From positions 1-14,749 of the forward strand of contig CAJNOH010001645.1 of the NCBI GenBank assembly GCA_905250005.1: 14,749 nucleotides of DNA, given 5' to 3'. This DNA is from Rotaria sordida (taxonomy: Eukaryota). The notes beneath the pieces were generated by a model, which was not told the DNA's origin, did not search any database, and worked only from the letters and a program-made list of their open reading frames with translations. Below are positions 10,173 to 14,749 of this stretch, in pieces (within the stretch, counting starts at the first letter, position 1; every line of letters starts with the position of its first letter). A program made the translations under genes and the position numbers.

Positions 10173-10320
10173 CTAAATTGTCAAAAGCAAACGTCACTTG
10201 AAATATACTGTTACTAAACTTACCGTATTAATCTGTTGACAAATGACTTTGATTTGATCATAGTAATTACTGACAACAGATGCTTTGCCCAGTAGTGTCA
10301 AAAGAATCTCGAACATGGTA

Positions 10321-10354
10321 GAGGGTGTGGGTGTGGGTGTGGGTGAGGTGTGGT
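10321..10354 (+). repeat. G-rich telomeric-type repeat, TGTGGG unit (3 perfect copies at 10326-10343 plus degenerate flanks)
   Basis: GAGGG TGTGGG TGTGGG TGTGGG TGAGG TGTGG TG read directly. TGTGGG is, from memory, the telomeric repeat reported for Adineta bdelloids. Confidence 0.75.
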
Positions 10355-10377
10355 GCTGCGTGTAATTTAATGAAAGA

Positions 10378-10493
10378 CCCACACCCACACCCACACCCAC
10401 ACCCCAGCCACCCACACCCACACCCCACCCACACCCCACCCACACCCCACCCACACTCCACACCCACACCCACACCCACACCCACCCACACCC
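10378..10493 (-). repeat. C-rich telomeric-type repeat in opposite orientation (CCCACA units with CCCCACCC variants)
   Basis: CCC ACACCC ACACCC ACACCC ACACCC CAGCCACCC ACACCC ... ACACCC ACCC ACACCC, ending before TTCGTCAAT. Confidence 0.8.
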
Positions 10494-10969
10494 TTCGTCA
10501 ATATATTTAAAGGTGAATTAGAGGTTCAAACAAGTGATTGAACCTATCCGTCTGCTTGTTATATTTTTTTTTGCATAGAAAGTTGAGAAATGATTTTTTT
10601 TGATCATTCTGACTGGATACAATCCTATCTATTAATAGATTGCACTTACATCTTTCATTGTCTATTTGTTGCGTTCTCCATTTCGATTCTTACTTGCTTA
10701 TCAGTATTATACTTTTTTGTTTCTAAATTATATCTATATGACCGTAATAGGATGAAATTTTAATTAACCTTTTCAATTACTTAATTACATATATTAAAAA
10801 AAGCAAGTGCACAAACCATGACAAGCAAACCTATTCAGAGTTCTAAAATGAAGTTCAATGATTATTAGCTGTTACTAAATTACCCGATAGATATATTAGA
10901 CATAATTTGTATTCATAATTAACAATTATATTTTTTGAATAATAAATTAATATAATTATCTATTTCTAC

Positions 10970-13311
10970 GGTCCAGCTTTTGCTCCAATTGGTATTCCAG
11001 GTAATATATATCTTGAAGGTGTAAATACAACAGAAATAATTATTGAACTTGAAACTGTTAATCTTGCTTCGTATAATACAGTAGATAAAACTTGGTAAGT
11101 TGATATTATGTTAAGTAGTAATAATGATCCATTTACAAGTAAATTAAAATTTATATTAGAAAATACAACATGGTCATATGAAACTACTGTAACATTTAAT
11201 CATAATTTAACAATATCTTTATCAATATCAGATGAACATGTATTACATTGGCGGCCAAATGGATATGGTGATCAACCATTATATAATTCAGTTATTTTAA
11301 ATCAAGATAATCGAATTGGTTCACGTTTAATTGGTTTTCGTACAGTTCAACTTATACAACATGAATATGGAGCAGGAATAAATGGAACATCATTTTATTT
11401 TTCTATTAATTTTAAATCTATATTTATAAAAGGAAGTAATTGGATACCATCAGATTCATTTCAAGAACGTGTTAGTGATGAAAAACTTGAACGTTTACTA
11501 CGTTCAGCTCAATTATCAAATATGAATATGTTACGTATATGGGATGGTGGAATATATGAACGTAATTCATTTTATGAAATAGCTGATCGTTTAGGTATAA
11601 TGTTATGGCATGTTTTATGTTTGCTTGTAGTCTGTAAGTTATTTAAATTATTAGTTTTGTTTTTTGTGTTTTCTTATATTTGAAAATTTAGTTATCCTGT
11701 TGATGAACTATTTTTAACAAATGTTCATGATGAAGTTATTTATCAAGTTAAACGAGTTCAACATCATCCATCTATTGTACTTTGGTTTGGAAATAATGAA
11801 AATGAAGCTGCTGTTGCACAAAATTAGTATGGTATACCACAAGAAAAAATGAAAAAAACAAAAGATGATTATAGAAAATTATATGTTGATACAATTATCG
11901 ATGCTGTTAAACAAATTGATAAAGGAAATAATCGACCATTTGTTACTTCGTCACCATCAAATGGACTTGAAACAATAATTGAAAATTATATTGCTAAGGA
12001 TCCTCAAGATCCACTTTATGGTATATAGATTATAAAAATAGAATAAAGTTTGCTTTTTTTTGTTGTGGAACGAGTTTCTATTTTGTTTTTTAGGTGATGT
12101 TCATTTTTATGGATATCAGGATGATTCATGGGAACCAACAACATATCCAATAACTCGTTTTCTATCTGAAACAGGTATTCAATCATTACCAAGTTTAGAT
12201 ACATGGTATGAAACGACAATGAATTCATCGGATTTAAATTTTAATAGTTCATTTATTTTACATCGTGAACATTCAGAAAATCAATTGACTGCAATGATGT
12301 TTGTTATTTTATATTAATCAAAAAAAAATTATTTTGACTTTTTTTTTTAATTTCTAGGAAACATATTGAAAATAATTTACCATTACCAGTAACAAATGAT
12401 TCATTAAGAAATTTTGCTCAATTAATTTATTTAAGTCAAATAAATCAAGCTATGACATTAAAAAGTATAAGTGATCTTTGTCGACTTCATTCATCAACAG
12501 ATATGATTAATCCAAAAACAGGTCAAGGGTAAATTTTTTTTGTTTTTTTGTTCTACAAATATTTTATTCTTTGTTTTTTGTTAGTCATACCATGGGCTTA
12601 ATGTATTGGCTAATAAATGATATTTGGCAAGCACCAACATGGGCAACAATTGAATATGGATTAAAATGGAAAATGAGTCATTATTATGTTGATCATATGT
12701 ATGCACCTGTTTATTCTATTGCTATGCTTACACCTTATTTAGCTAATGTTACAGATGAAAATGCTCAAGTTTCATTTTATGTTATTAATGAATTACTTAA
12801 TGATACACGTGGTGATTTAATATGTTCAATTTATACATTAGATACATTATCACCTCGTTTATCATTTGGAAATGATATTTTATTTACTTCACCTGATGTA
12901 CAAAATATTATGAGTTTTCCTTATTCATTATTAATGAAACGTGTTGATTGTAAAGATAATTCTCCATGTATAATTCATTGTTTATTAAATCATAATCAAC
13001 ATCAAATAGGACAAACATTATTTTTAAATCGACCAAAAAATTATCAAGTATTAAATCCTAATTTACAAATTGAAAGTATTAAATAAATATCATCAACAGA
13101 TTCTAATATAACGATTACTGTTGATCGACCAGCTTTATTTGTATGACTTGATATAACAGCTAATGTAACTGGTTATTTTTCACGAAATGGATTTCATATG
13201 TTTCAACCAAGAATGACTATTAATTTTCATTCATGGATACCAATTAAAGATTTTGATAAAGATAATTTTGATATACGTCATACTTCATTGTTTGATGTTA
13301 CATTACCATAA
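10970..13311 (+). pseudogene. 5'-truncated beta-mannosidase (GH2) pseudogene. Exons ~10970-11633, 11692-12020, 12094-12298, 12358-12528, 12585-13311
   Basis: FYGPAFAPIGIPGNIYLEGVN, IFIKGSNWIPSDSFQERV, MNMLRIWDGGIYERNSFYEIADRLGIMLW, HPSIVLWFGNNENEAA, GDVHFYGYQDDSWEP, MYWLINDIWQAPTWATIEYGLKWKMSHYY and the C-terminal HSWIPIKDFDKDNFDIRHTSLFD. In-frame stops and a frameshift are listed in the findings. Confidence 0.88.
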
Positions 13312-13794
13312 TTCTTTTTTTTTCTTTCACTTGTTTTCAAAGCAATAAATAAACTATACGATTTATTCATTAAGAATGATTAGATAAAAATCATTTCGAA
13401 AGAGTCTATTTGTTCAAATGTATTCCTTTTCCGATATTAAACGACGGATATGTGTGAATTATTTATAGATAATGATGATACATCATAGAACTGTGAGAAG
13501 TCGCTGATTGAAACTAATTTAACTTGAAAATTTCGTAAAAAATGTTTAAAAAAAAATTGTCAACGGAGGTAAAATGTGAAACTTACAGATGTTCTTTTAC
13601 CTTATTCCCTCTACTGAAAGAAGGGTAATGCGCTGAGCAGCTACAACGACCAAATGTTCGTTTGTGTATTCGTCGTAGAGAACGAAAAGGATGTTCTTTT
13701 GATCTATTACAATATAATTTCTTCTAAATCTAGCAAATATCGTAAATGATATTGGGGGGGGGGTTGTCTCGCAACCAATCAGATTTCGAATATT

Positions 13795-14010
13795 GAAAAT
13801 CAAGCCAATGAGATGTTTTCTGGGCTCGTCTCTCAACCAGTGGGATTTTGAGGGTCAAAAATCGAGCCAATGAGATGTTTTCTGCATTCGGCTTGCGGCC
13901 AAAGAGACTGCGACAGTTGAAAATGAAGCGGATAAGATGTTTTCTGGGTCTGGCCCTCAACCAACGTGACTGCGACGGTTGAAAACTAAACCAATCATAT
14001 GTTTCTATGG
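13795..14010. repeat. 62-bp-period degenerate tandem repeat (unit starts 13795, 13857, 13919, 13981)
   Basis: Recurring GAAAAT(C/G)(A/G)AGCCAATGAGATGTTTTCTG cores at exactly 62-bp spacing; the last copy is GAAAACTAAACCAATCATATGTTTCTATGG. Confidence 0.75.
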
Positions 14011-14749
14011 TTTAGCTGTTAAGCGATATGTATGTTAGGGATGGGAATTCAGGGAATCGGATTTTTCTGCAGTGTGAGTCTCAGGCAGTTCTTTTAGGGT
14101 CTGGGATCACAGTAAATGTGATGTTTTGTCAACTTAGATTGGAGCCAATAAAATGCTGAGACAGCGGCTTTAGGTAGTCAGCCGTTCTTTAAGTGTAGAT
14201 GCGAGTCAATGAGCTATCTAGAATTAAGAATTCAGTCGATCGGATGTTTCTTTGGCTTACAGCTCAGCCAAGAAGTTTTTAGGGGTTGCGAATTTTTTTT
14301 TTTGGATATTTTCTCGGTCTAGTGTTAGCGAATTTTTTCGAAAATATTTAACAACGGAGAAACATATTTTCTGACGTTTAAAATGTTAGGCTGAGCATTC
14401 TGTCTGTGTAAATATTCGTCGGAAATACACAGGGTTTTGTCTTTGATGGACACCTCAAAGCCAGTCTCTGAAATACTCAATCCATCTGAAAAAGCATCTG
14501 ATATCATGGGCGATCTTAATTTTAGCATGGCATTTGTTATGCTACAACTCTTTTCTTATACGAGTTTTCTTTCACTCTGCGAAAGAAACATCAGTGCAGC
14601 AATACTCATCAGAAAAATGGACAAATCACTAGTGGTGTTAGCCCTGCACTCCCGATTTCAATAATGCTAGAAATTGATGTCCGATATCAAAGTTGAATTA
14701 TAGACAATTTGATAGAGCATATTCGGATGCTTACACTTAGGTTGTTTTT

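Larger units (their letters stand above)
4101..10316 (-). pseudogene. Helitron/Helentron-like element gene (OTU + STPR repeats + DUF6570-like + Helitron_like_N Rep), lacking the helicase and carrying several lesions. Proposed exons (plus coordinates): 10316-10224, 10172-9956, 9905-9489, 9432-8346, 8289-7399, 7345-6305, 6083-6033, 5978-5268, 5217-4381, 4333-4101
   Basis: All nine introns have GT..AG ends and join flanking frames in phase. Diagnostic stretches: IPISVTGDGNCLYNSI (OTU); RTLARERSAARRAALTPEQAERE (STPR); KIPKFSPANKIWVGDVPEQLQGLTIPEQKLIALYRHN (DUF6570-like); NPNLLLGIFPALFPYG, HLRYLLSYADRRFEEHYSFIFVVFNILQRR, LFLTINPADIHSP, GRGSLHLHLLIWL (HUH); YYIADYVTK; FVPWRSVQNLCATNETWSEALEARR. Confidence 0.85.

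Noticed and set aside
10194-10510. Three overlapping ORFs encoding VWVGVGV... or HPHPTHT... proteins
   Set aside because: They are read-through of a 6-nt-period telomeric repeat with no stop codons. The compositions are pure repeat artefacts.
13597-14664. Short ORFs in the right end (13597-13960 minus, 14325-14528 minus, 14437-14664 plus)
   Set aside because: Low complexity or overlapping the 62-bp repeat; no recognisable domain or splice-consistent extension.
1-14749. A prokaryotic-style defence or toxin-antitoxin system
   Set aside because: Multiple spliceosomal introns, hAT and Helitron genes and telomeric repeats show eukaryotic DNA. No operon-like gene cluster is present.

Overview
This is a eukaryotic, transposon-rich window with short spliceosomal introns (mostly about 45-75 bp). 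The TGTGGG-type telomeric repeat, intron size and TE content suggest a bdelloid rotifer; that is inference from memory, not a database search. From left to right I can support: (i) a plus-strand, six-exon hAT-superfamily transposase gene (~674-3810) with a Cys-rich PHD/RING-like C-terminal extension and one 1-nt homopolymer frameshift; (ii) a minus-strand, ten-exon Helitron/Helentron-like gene (10316 down to 4101) encoding OTU - seven 23-aa STPR repeats - DUF6570-like - HUH Rep domains, but with no helicase and with several disabling lesions; (iii) inside its DUF6570 exon, a 156-bp near-perfect palindromic MITE (7747-7902) with an 8-bp target-site duplication, whose in-silico excision exactly restores the reading frame; (iv) next to the Helitron start codon, a head-to-head telomeric-type array (TGTGGG)n-spacer-(CCCACA)n at ~10321-10493, the arrangement expected for a telomere-telomere fusion; (v) a 5'-truncated, multiply interrupted lysosomal-type beta-mannosidase pseudogene (~10970-13311); (vi) a 62-bp-period tandem repeat (~13795-14010). 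No prokaryotic defence system, CRISPR array or RNA gene was found. The most unusual items are the inverted telomeric junction, the palindromic MITE insertion, and an oversized Helitron intron containing a plus-strand coding-like segment.
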